DNA from: Antedon mediterranea
Taxonomy: Eukaryota > Animalia > Echinodermata
DNA: 64,000 nucleotides
Assembly (NCBI RefSeq): GCF_964355755.1
Contig: NC_092671.1
Location: forward strand, 9,176,001-9,240,000
Reading direction: 5' to 3'
The notes under the pieces were generated by a model, which saw only the letters and a program-made list of their open reading frames with translations, did not search any database and was not told the origin of the DNA. Positions 49,101 through 64,000 of this stretch are shown piece after piece (the first letter of the stretch is position 1; each line of letters opens with the position of its first letter). The position numbers and the translations under genes are program-made.

Positions 49101-52100
49101 GTTCAAGATCAAGGAGTGTGACGCCACCTCATTGGCGAAAAGAGAATCAGAGACTCGAAGTTCAAAGGATGCAAAAAGCCGGTCCTAACCGATGGGCAAG
49201 AGGCAACTTTGAGGAAAGGCAATTGGGAAACCGACAACAGGTGAATAGAATATCACCTGGTAAATGGGAAACTGGGAAAATTATGGAAGATCCAGAGGAA
49301 AAGAGGTAAGGAATTGTTGACAATTTCATATATATACATAATCCAGATATTTCTTAATGAAATATATAGGGTATTAGATTTGTTAAAAATTGTTATTATT
49401 TACTGTATTGAATACTATGAATGATTTTTTGTTCAGAGAACGACAAGAAAAAAAACAACAGGAGAGAGATAGAGAACGGGAAAAAAGGGAGAAGGAACAA
49501 AAGGAGAGAAGGGATAGAAGACAAAAAGAAGAGGAGAACCGTGATCGAAGGAAGAGACAAGAAGAAGAAAGGTGAGTTTTTTTATTTATCGAAATGATAT
49601 TTGCAATATGTAGATAAAGCAGTTATTAATGTACCGTATATGTATTAGAAAGTTTAAGAGGCTTTGGTCAAATGTTTCATCAATATTTTTCAGAAATAAA
49701 AGAAAATCTAGAGATGAAGAAAAGGAAAACACAAAAGCGAAGTCACCAAGTCGACAAAAAGAAGATCATTCAAATGATAGATCTCGCAGAAAAATTTCTC
49801 CAATCAGGATGAGTGCAGCAAAGTCCCCGGTAAAATCAAGAGCAAAGTCGCAATCACAGTCACCTGATAGGCCCAGGGAAAGAAGATCTCGTATATCACC
49901 ACCTAGAGAACGTGAACGGAACAAGGCCAGAACCAACAAATCACCTATTCGGTCAAGAGATGATAATGTGAGACGTAAATCGCCCATTAAAAATAGTGCC
50001 CGTCAACGATCACCTGCTGTATCGAAAGAAAGAACAGTATTTTATAGCAATGCCACTCAAAGGTCACTGGATGGGTCAAAAGAAAGAGTTAGACGTAGAT
50101 CATCATCAAATGAAAGAACCAATCAAAGATCTCCTATCAGATCAAGAGACCGGCAAAACTCCTTCAACAGGTCAACAGATGAACGTAAAACACAACCATC
50201 AAGTCGGGAAGCCACTAATAAGGGATCTCCTTCCCCACCAAGACGCATTTCTTCGAAAAGAGAAAGATCTCCTGTGAAATCAAGAGGAATTGGTAGTAGG
50301 CAGTCGAGATCTAGCAGTAGATCCAGAGAAAGAAATAATGATAGCAGAGATAGAAGAACCAGGAGTGATAAATCACCAGGGCTCCAAAATCGAAGGTAAT
50401 TCCTTTTTGTCCTCTGCACAATAGAATAGAAAACTAAAATGAATGACTTGTACTTGTCTTTATTATTTACTACTAATTTTTTATACAGGAATGATGATCA
50501 ACGGAAGAAGTTGGAGACAAATAAATCGGATAGACGTAGATCGAGATCAAGGTAACTGTGACTGTATTTTTGTTTTATAAGTTCCTTTACTACTTCACCA
50601 AACAGACAAAAGTAGTAGTAGTTTCAAGATTTAATTATTATTTATTGTTTAGTTCCAACAGGTCCTCTGTGGAGCCTATTCAAGAGGCAAAGAAGTCTAG
50701 AAGATTCTCAAGACCTAGTCCATCTCCTGAACCTCCTGTCAGTCATATAAAAGAACAAAAGGATGTCAGAGGTCAGGGATTTATGAGTCACGACGGCCAG
50801 GATAGATCTGAATCTGATCTAGAAGCTAGAAAAGAAGAGGAAGATGACCCTTACTCCATGGAAGCTAGACGAAGGCACCAGCTAGCAAAAGAGAAGAAGT
50901 CCAACATGTCTGTGAAAGAAACATTCCAATGGAAACCTATGGATGAGGTGGAATATGAGGAGAAAAGTCCAGTTGTTAAGACCATAGAAAAAGACTCGCC
51001 TGAAGAGATACAGGAAGAAGACCTTATTGAACAAGTTGAGAAAGCAAGAGAGGAGTACAAGAAATTGGAAGAGCAAGAAATAAGGGATAAGGAGCGACAT
51101 ATAGAACTGCTGAAGGAAAGACACATAGAAGTGGTGAAAGTTGAGACACCACGTGTTGTAACACCACCACCTGTGAAAGAGCCAGAGGTTCATTCTCCAT
51201 CTTCTACAGGTATAAGAATTGTAGAGCAGGTTACTGCAGAAGTCCTCAAGTCAATTGAAAAGAAAAAGAGTGAAGTTACACCTTTACCTAAAAGTAAAAC
51301 TACACCAAAATCAAGTGAGAAGCAGAAATCATCTAGAAGGTCAAGGTAAAGTTAAAGATCATTTAGAGTCAATTTGAAATAGGATTGATGGGGGTGATTT
51401 ACTATACTACAATTTTGTACTATGCATTCAGAAAACCTGATTTTAGAGAAAACTAAATATTTTTTTTTTTTTACGTTTCCTGTTATGTGAGCATTTATTG
51501 TACTTTATTTAATTCAAAACATAAGTTAATAAACACAGCTGAATTTTCTAATCACAGAGAATCTTCCGAAAGTTCAGACTCTTCAAGAGAACGAAATCGT
51601 ACCAGACGTAAAAGAAGAAGCCCAAGTTCAAGCTCTGATGATGGAAGAAGGCGTCGGTAGGTTTTGTGTACTCTTAATTTTATATGTTGCAGACATTTTA
51701 AGAATTTGTTACGATGCACACCCGTCACACATTGTATATTTACAACTATTTAATTTGAACATTCATAGAATATCACCTAGAAGACGCAGATCACCACCAC
51801 GGCGCCGATCACCCCCTCGACGTAGAACACCACCACGTCGTAGAAGCCCTGTAAGACGAAAGTCTCCTGTGCGCAGGTCGCGAAGTCGTTCACGCAGTAG
51901 AGATCGAAAGAGGTAGGGGGACTTCATCAAATTTTTTCTTTTAGGAATTTCAAACAACAAACAATATTATATCCAATCAAAAAGTTTTGTCTATAAATAA
52001 TTTCCATAAGTGCAGTTCTAATAAACACCTTGATAACCTAACAAAAAAATGTGTGTAATTTATATCGTGAATGTTGGAGAGAGAAAAGGAAAAGTGCGAT

Positions 52101-52753
52101 TTAAAATTTTCTTTTAATAGTGAATCCTGATGATCAGATCAAAATAAATACCATAAAGGTGACAAAAATCTTATATGAAATGATATGTTTGTGTTTAAGG
52201 TCACCAAGAAGGCGATCAAGATCACCTTATAGAAGACGTTATTCTCCCTCGAATCGTCGTTCCAGGTAAATATGTTGACATTGATTGTAACAAGTAGAGT
52301 AGAAGCTTTGTAGAATAGGCAATATGGTGAATTATTAACATAAACTTTGAACCCTGCATATTTTCTGGGTCTTGAAAATTGATGTTATTCCAAATGTAGA
52401 ATGTGCCTTAACATCAATCTGACAACCTATTTTATAACTAAAAAAAAAATTATAAAATTGAATTATTAAACAAGGTTTTCAACTAATGTAAATTTTGAAA
52501 TTCCAAATTTGTAATATGTAGAAAATACAGTGGAATTGTATTTGTAGTTTTAACCATCATTTTATGATTTTTGTAAAGGAGAAGTCGTTCCCGAAGCAGA
52601 ACACCACCACGCCGAAGAAGTCCACCAAGAGGGCGTGGACGGAGACGATCAACATCTTCGTCAAGAAGCTCCTCAAGTGGTAGCTCGCGTAGTCGATCAT
52701 ACAGTAGTAGGTCACGTTCACGAAGCTCAAGCAGTGGAAGCAGCAGTGACTAG
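34173..52753 (+). CDS. PPIG: RS-domain nuclear cyclophilin (PPIG/NKTR pro-orthologue, Moca-cyp type)
   Basis: Exons 34173-34236, 34465-34539, 34957-35064, 35321-35365, 43739-43826, 45637-45666, 47783-47928, 48057-48210, 48607-48738, 48862-48970, 49082-49305, 49437-49571, 49694-50395, 50489-50551, 50662-51345, 51558-51656, 51769-51912, 52200-52265, 52579-52753. Motifs [51 protein letters not shown]; Lys-rich linker; [26 protein letters not shown]; long RS tail. Confidence 0.93.
35399..35469. mobile_element. Short Harbinger-type MITE
   Basis: TIR AGCxxTGTCTACACTATCAAA; same family as 61491-61624. Confidence 0.7.
39216..43014. mobile_element. Non-autonomous Kolobok-like DNA transposon, 3.8 kb
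   Basis: TTAA TSD; purine-initial TIR GAGCCATTGTCTGTAA(A/G)AATCAAAG; imperfect inverted arms of more than 500 bp; internal degenerate tandem modules; no transposase ORF seen. Confidence 0.8.
40955..41379. mobile_element. Tc1/mariner-type MITE nested in the Kolobok-like element
   Basis: TA-CAGTTGAACC...CTG-TA ends with GTGGCCGC subrepeats; the right TIR is partly deleted. Confidence 0.6.
43330..43610. repeat. Double-hairpin palindromic element (Crypton-like non-autonomous, tentative)
   Basis: Arms of about 80 bp (43332-43500) around a GGCGATGAGCC centre, followed by a second inverted pair TATATAACATCTAAATAAATTC/GAATTTATTTAGGTGTTATATA. Confidence 0.6.
45227..45254 (+). other. Candidate 28-nt frameshifting (poison) microexon of the cyclophilin gene
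   Basis: T-rich tract with TTGAC, TTTACAG acceptor, AAG|GTAACT donor. Inclusion puts TAG at 45664-45666 in frame. Confidence 0.55.
45703..45818. repeat. 33-bp minisatellite, about 3.5 copies
   Basis: Perfect head-to-tail copies of AATCGGCACCCTTTGAGCTGGCCCAACTCTCCC. Confidence 0.95.
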
Positions 52754-54150
52754 AACATTTGTTGCAACCCTAACTTTTGTAGATTAGGTGTAATTAAGTA
52801 TTAAACATTGTTAACAAGGTTTTCAATATCGAAGAATTAATTAATTGAAATTTTAGTTGTAAATTTCTGAGCCGTGAAGTGTTAATGAGATTTAATTAAA
52901 ACTGCATAATAAAATGTGTACTTTAAATATTGTAACTGTAAGTTGAATTGGTATAGGGTGGTGGGGTATGGGGAGGGGTATTTTGCAGGTGTAGAGAACC
53001 ATAGATCCTACAGTATTTTACTATATTTTACATTTAACTTTTTTCTACTTGAATACATTTGCCAATCAAATTTAAGTGAATTAATCTGTAAGAATAAAAT
53101 GTCCCATTTTGTGTGAATATTTGTACAGTACACATGGAAATGCCATTTATGATTATCAGTTTTTTCTGATAAAATATACTGTATTATTGCTATGATGGTG
53201 ACACCTTCCAAATGCCAAAAGTATTAGTATTAGAGAGCAAGTGGTGCATGGAATTGTTCTAGTGTTAGCCAGCAACATGTGTAAACCTTTGCCATGATAT
53301 TTTTATGACCTACCATTCTTGTATTTTAAATCTATTTTATCAATTTTAATTAGAAATAAAATGTCTGAAATTTTTCTTTAATAATGTATTTTTTGCTTTT
53401 ATGTTTGAAGGAATGTTTTTGTTTGTCCGCAGCATCAAATTGGACTGCTGCCACAACTGCTATGTATATGCATTCATATCATGATGCAAGTCCATTGGTT
53501 TCCTTAAACTTGACATGGTTTAAAGAAACTGGAACTAAGCTCACCATATTGCTGCAACATTATGCTTGCATTTCTTTGTGTGTTGGTACAATACTAAACC
53601 GTATTTCTTTTGGCAGGCACCTTATATTTAGAAAGCCAACCATTAAAATAGAATGTTGTTCTTATCTACTCGAGACAGTTTCTATTCTAGACTAGGGATT
53701 TTCTTTTGGTTTTAGGTTGTACCGTGTCATTTAGAAGAGAGGGTTCAGGTTTCTGGATTAGATTGAATTACTATGACAGTAATGTACTACTATTTCTTGA
53801 TGATGTGATTAATAGCTACTTGTACAATAAAACTCCTTACTACATTGTTTTTGTTTTCCATTTTAATATTCGTACACAAAGATTTGTCAACTTATCTTTA
53901 AGCCCATTCAGGCTTAGTTATTGGTTTCCATAGTAGTTATTAACTTTGGTTGGTGGGAACCACCTTATGCCAAGGTTTTTAAATTGTACCAATACCTGTA
54001 CCTCAATATGTTGAGCCTTTACCAAGTAAACACTCATCCGGTTATATGCGTCAGCATATCATTTAGGTTTTCTAGACTTGGTCTTTATTAAACAATTCTC
54101 CACCTTGCAAAGTTGTTGTGAATTGCGAGGAATTCCTGTCATCACACTAC

Positions 54151-55845
54151 TTATGTTAATTCTTTCTTGATAATTTTCCTTTCTGGCATCAGACCTCTTA
54201 TGCTGATATCGTACACAACTTCTTCCACTTTCTTTATGTCATATTTCAGACTATCAAACTTTTTACGCAGACTGTCATTTTTTAAATTGAGTAACCTGAA
54301 ACCTGTGTTTATTTCACCCAGGAATGATGATATCTTCAAAGGTCGTTCATAATCACCAGATGTAACACTGTTGACTGCAAGTCGTGACTGTAAATATGAA
54401 ATTAGAATAATTAACATAATACTTAATGCAAACCTGATAATTTCTACAAGGATATTTTAAATATTTACCAATTCATTAGATAACAAAAGTACGCCATGCA
54501 AGTAGTCTTCTAAATCCAGAATGAAACCACTTCCCTTTTCAACTTCAACTGTGGAGAAAAAATAAGTACTTTGGTGTAACAATTACCATCAGCATACATT
54601 ATCTAAGAACTTTAACATTCCAACAATATGTCACCTACTTCCAAACAATTTGGCTGTCTCTTCTCTGGTTATCAGTGTGTCGGATTCGATGTATGTTGTC
54701 AGTGCAGCAAGGAAGATAAGCCGTTGTGTAACAAAACGCCAATGGTCATGAAATCTATGAAAAAAAACAGGATTTTAGTTGAATGGATATTTTAATACAC
54801 ATTCTTAAGGTAGTACATTTTAAGTATTTTAATAATGTAGGATGACCTACTGGGCTAAATTACGCACAAGTGTGGACAACCATTCGTGTCTTGTATTATT
54901 TTTAAGGTGCATAGCCATGATATTGAATTGGTGATGCTGTTTTTTGCACATCAATAGGAGTTAGGACATTAGGGTTTTTTTATTGAATGGCATGAGTGAC
55001 TTTAAAGCAGGGACTACACTCTATCTAGAATGCTGTTTAAAATTGAGTACGGAATTATACCTGTAGTAATGCTGTAAAGGGAATTTTCCTGCAAGATCTG
55101 CATAAGCAGCCTTTACACTCTCAAACTTCTCTTTGCTCTTTTGGCAAATTGTTGGAACTTAACAAAAGAAAATTGTATTTATTAATATTAATAAATAATA
55201 CAGAAATAGAATAAAAATTTACTCCTCTGACCTACAAAATTGTTAAATTATATAAAAGGGTCCACCGAATTACCTAACTAAAACAATTTGTTTAAGTATT
55301 ATAATTGGATGAGAGCTGTAGGCCTACCTTGTTTTAGCCCTTCCCTTTGGTGAATAGCCTGCAGCAATGTCATAATCTCTCGAGCAGTCTGTTCCAGAAT
55401 TCGAACTGAATTTCTGATTTCCTGAAAATAAATGGAAATTTAAATACTATATTTGACTAGGCCTAGACCTGGTGGATATGTGAAAGCATCTTCTTCTGGG
55501 CAATAGTCAGTAACATATCAATCTAGCTAGGGCCTACTACGTTTAGTTATTATATGGCCTAGCTATACCGTTCCCCTATACCACTAGGCTAGGACTAGGC
55601 ATAGTCGGACTGTAGTGGCCTAGCTATAGGCTTATCACCTGACTGCTGCTGAGTAAGCCTAGCTAGTAGTAGTATAGGCCTAGGCTAAACTGTAAAGTAG
55701 TATAATAATGCTATATGCCTAGGACCTCTATTTTAGTTTTTGTGTCAGTTTTAGTAATCATTGGTTATGTGTGTACCTCGCGTATGTCTTGATCTGTTGT
55801 GAGATAATCATTAAAACTACTAAAAACTTCTTGAACAGATGACAT
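54151..55845 (-). CDS. TSN: Translin
   Basis: Exons 55845-55777, 55421-55328, 55157-55061, 54754-54639, 54548-54469 and 54387-54151. Motifs DQDIREEIR, LEQTAREI, YYRFHDHWRFVTQRL, LDLEDYL, SRLAVNSVT.GDY.RP, GFRLLNLKNDSLRKKFD.LKY...KVEEVVYDISIRGL. Confidence 0.96.
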
Positions 55846-56062
55846 TTTTACTTTTCTTTTTCATCCACACACAATAAATAAATGGCACGTGCGATTGTTT
55901 TTTTCTGTCTTAAAAAAATCCAACAGCGACCTCTCTCTCTCGTTCTTTCAATCAACTTTGAACTTCGTTGTTTTCAAACCACCTGTGTTTGTTGTTTTGA
56001 TCGGTCGTCGCTCTTGGATCCACCACCTGCTGCAGAGCGCGCGTTTACTTCAATCTTTATAA
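55846..56062. promoter_or_regulatory. Compact bidirectional promoter between TSN and RNF32
   Basis: Divergent start codons at 55845 and 56063 with 217 bp between them; CpG-containing; CACGTG E-box near 55886. Confidence 0.6.
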
Positions 56063-60840
<4,778 letters not shown>

Positions 60841-61490
60841 TTGTCAGGTAATTGAATGCTGTGTTCAACTACCAACTGTGTGTGTAATGTATTGATTTCT
60901 ATGTACCTGATTGACTTTTCAATCAGCATGATCACCATGTTGGCCTAGTTCAATGTTCCAATAAACAACAGAGTTAGGCACACAGTCGACAATGCCGATA
61001 GAAGACAAGGAATTAAGTGCATGACTGATCGTGCAGATAGCATTCGCACCAAACATTGACTGTCGGCACGCATGGTCAACTGTGCAAATAGCAAATACTG
61101 CAAAGTATAGTAACATTAAGGTGAAATAATTGAATAAAAATTCTGTCTTTATGAGAGAAAAATAATCAGGAAAGAGCAAGATTACTATAATATTAGCTCA
61201 AGCACTCTTTGATTTGCAATATTTTCCGATGGACATTTCAAACTGCGACAATAAATTAAAAACCTTTGGTATTGTGTTCTGAATGTTGAAAATAACTAAT
61301 AATAGCAATAGTAAAGCTTACTGAATTTTTATTAATAAAACAGATTCATACAAACTATTTAATGTAAATTTCAATATACAAAAGATTGGTTAAAGTAATA
61401 TATACAGTTTATTAATACTAGATAAAATCTAGCAGCAGTATGTATAGAACATTATCAGGATTAACTACAGTAATTGTTTGTAAATAATAA

Positions 61491-61624
61491 AGCTCTCTCT
61501 ACCGAACTTTATGTGACAAAAAAGTGTGATGTGCCCATATATGGACATTATGATGTCATATTACTACCATATTTGGCCACATCACACTTTTTTGTCAAAC
61601 TAGTTTGATAGTGTAGACAGAGCT
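61491..61624. mobile_element. Harbinger-type MITE
   Basis: Ends AGCTCT...AGAGCT with TAA TSD; internal inverted repeat GACAAAAAAGTGTGATGTG. Confidence 0.7.
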
Positions 61625-62003
61625 TAATACATATGATAAGCAATGTGTATGCAAAACATTGAAAATTGATTTATTTATGTTCGTTGAAAACTTTTTAACT
61701 ATAACTGTAGAACGGTCAGCTTAAAATGTTTCATAAAATGTTTCTTAAATGATAATATAACCTTGAAATGACATTGTTTAAATTTCCAAATAATATTTAT
61801 TATATTAAAAACGGTATTGTTGTATTTTACTGGTTATTGTATATGTTGCTTACTTTGATTCGAACCATACAAAGACCTCCACTGACTGCAGTCATCAAGC
61901 GCAAACTCTCTCTGGAGATGTTCTTTGATTGTGACTCAATGGTTGGTTTCTTCTCGCCTAGAGTTTTATCCTTTGTTTAATACGTCATATTTAAAGATCA
62001 TCA

Positions 62004-63726
62004 TTACTGCTCTGCATCTTCTTCCTCTATCTCTTGGTCACATTCCTCCTCCTCTTCAGTATAATCCTCATACTGTTGGAATTCAGATATTAAGTCGTTC
62101 ATGTTCGCTTCTGCTTCTGTAAATTCCATCTCATCCATACCTTCTCCACAGTAGTTATGAATGAAAGCTTTCCGTCGGAACATCGCTGAAAACTGTTCAC
62201 CAATGCGTTTAAATACCTCTTGAAGAGCGGTGTTGTTTCCAATAAAAGACGCGGCCACTTCCAAGTTTTGTGGCGGTATATCGCAGACTGCAGTTTTTAT
62301 ATTATTTGGAATCCACTCTACAAAGTAATTACTGTTTTTACTTTGAGTTTTGTACAATTCTTTCTCGACCTCTTTCATTGAAAGCCGGCCTCGGAAGACT
62401 GCTGCTGCGGTAAGATATCGTCCGTGTCTCGGATCGCATGCTGTCATCATGTTACGGGAATCAAACATCTGTTGCGTTAATTCGGCAACAGTTAGGTTGG
62501 CGTATTCTTTACTCGAGCGGCTGATCAACGGTGCAAAACCTGGCATGAAGAAATGCATCCGCGGGAATGGAACCATATTCACTGCTAGTTTTCTAAGGTC
62601 CGCGTTCAGTTGGCCAGGGAATCGAAGACTTGCCGTGATACCGCTCATAGCTTGAGATACCAACATATTCAAGTCGCCAAATGTCGGCGATGCCACTTTC
62701 AATGTCTGTGTGTTTATGTTGTACAATGCCTCATTATCAAGGCAGTACGTCATGTCAGAGTTTTCAATTAACTGGTGTATCGATAGAGTACTATTATACG
62801 GCTCTATGACTACATTTGACACTTTTGGAGATGGCACAACGCTGTAATTTGTCAGAAGCCTATCTGGAAATTCTTCGCGGATTTTCCCAAGGAGTAGAGT
62901 GCCCAGTCCTGAACCGGTTCCTCCACCGAGTGAGTGCGTTAACTGGAAACCTTGAAGACAATCACAATGTTCAGCTTCCTTCCTGACAACATCAACAATC
63001 GATTCAGCTAATTCTGCTCCTTCTGTATAGTAACCCTTTCCCCAGTTGTTGCCAGCACCAGTCTGTCCAAATATGAAGTTGTCTGGATGGAAAAGCTGAC
63101 CGTATTGTCCAGACCGTGCGGCATCCATCGTGCCAGGCTCAAGGTCAACGAGTATTGCCCGTGGAACATACTTGCCACCCGTTGCTTCGTTGTAGAAGAC
63201 GTTGATTCTCTCTAATTGAAGGTCGGAGCTGCCATTGTATGTCCCATCTGGTGCAATTCCATGTTCTTCAGAAACTACCTCCCAAAACTGTAAAAAAAAA
63301 AACCGTTACAGTTGGTTATATATTCAAACAAATGACAAACGGCACAAACGAGATTCCATTTGCAAAAAAGGTATTATTCATAAAACAACGTTTTAATGAC
63401 GGGAACCAGTCATTGTATAATAAAAGCGAAAACTGTCCCAAAAACTGCAAATGGAGTGGACAATCAACCAGTAGGCTTATTTGCTTTTACCCATAAATTC
63501 TCTGTACTACCAGGACAATTAGCTGTTCCGACACTGGAAATAGGTTAACTTATTTATTCAGAAATGTGCCTTCCTCATACAACTATACAATTATAAATCA
63601 TTGTTAGGCCTACTATGTTATTATTTTGTATTATTACCCATCCTAAATAATTACAAAATTACAGCCTACCTTGCAACCAATCTGGTTGCCGCATTGGCCT
63701 ACTTGTAAATGCACAATCTCAGGCAT
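62004..63726 (-). CDS. TUBB: Divergent beta-tubulin, 446 aa
   Basis: Exon 1 at 63726-63670 ([19 protein letters not shown]) and exon 2 at 63287-62004. Motifs [46 protein letters not shown]; acidic tail. Confidence 0.96.
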
Positions 63727-64000
63727 ATCTTTAGTATAAAGTACTGCACTGCACCTTTTCTAACTTTGCCAAAACTTGTATTGTAGATCAATAATTTTGG
63801 TGCAGCGAAGGGTTGAACACTTCCGTTACTACTACCACCACCTTAACAGTATTATATTTTTTCTCATAATTCGATTTTTATATCTTAACGTTATCGTTTT
63901 CAATGAGCTCATAGTGTTTAAATCATTGTTATTTTTAGTATTCTTCGAGTCAAACTGTAAAACGTGGAAGTCCTTTCAAACAATGAGTCATAATAATAGT

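Noticed and set aside
49766-51960. Antisense and alternate-frame ORFs over the RS-domain exons
   Set aside because: Shadows of low-complexity coding sequence.
53384-53933. ORFs between the cyclophilin and translin genes
   Set aside because: No recognisable motifs; the region is consistent with convergent 3' UTRs.
61030-61097. Resemblance of YLLFAQLT...CLVR to the LMBR1 C-terminus (vertebrate neighbour of RNF32)
   Set aside because: Too short, gapped, and no other LMBR1-like exons seen; likely chance.

Overview
AT-rich, intron-rich genomic DNA from an invertebrate animal. An echinoderm or other invertebrate deuterostome is my guess from gene style and repeats; this is inference only. Genes, left to right: the 5' exons of an SLC17 anion transporter (-); an 11-exon sulfite oxidase (+); a tandem cluster of intronless class A GPCRs (-; four intact, one pseudogene, one partial duplicate); a 19-coding-exon RS-domain cyclophilin of the PPIG/NKTR type (+); translin (-) head-to-head with RNF32 (+); and a divergent beta-tubulin (-). 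Mobile DNA includes a decayed CR1-type LINE nested in a Helentron-associated (HINE/DINE-like) element, a 3.8-kb Kolobok-like element, hAT, Harbinger, MULE and Tc1 MITEs, and Penelope-type minimal hammerhead ribozymes. The best lead is the sulfite oxidase. It splices to 384 aa, has no mitochondrial presequence or cytochrome b5 domain, and ends in a PTS1 tripeptide (AKL). That is the plant-type, heme-less, peroxisomal architecture, here in an animal. Other leads: a candidate 28-nt poison microexon in the cyclophilin gene; three apparent classes of transposon excision footprint that sort by genomic location; and a beta-tubulin starting MPEI instead of MREI. Exon coordinates were read by eye from splice signals and reading frame, without transcript support.
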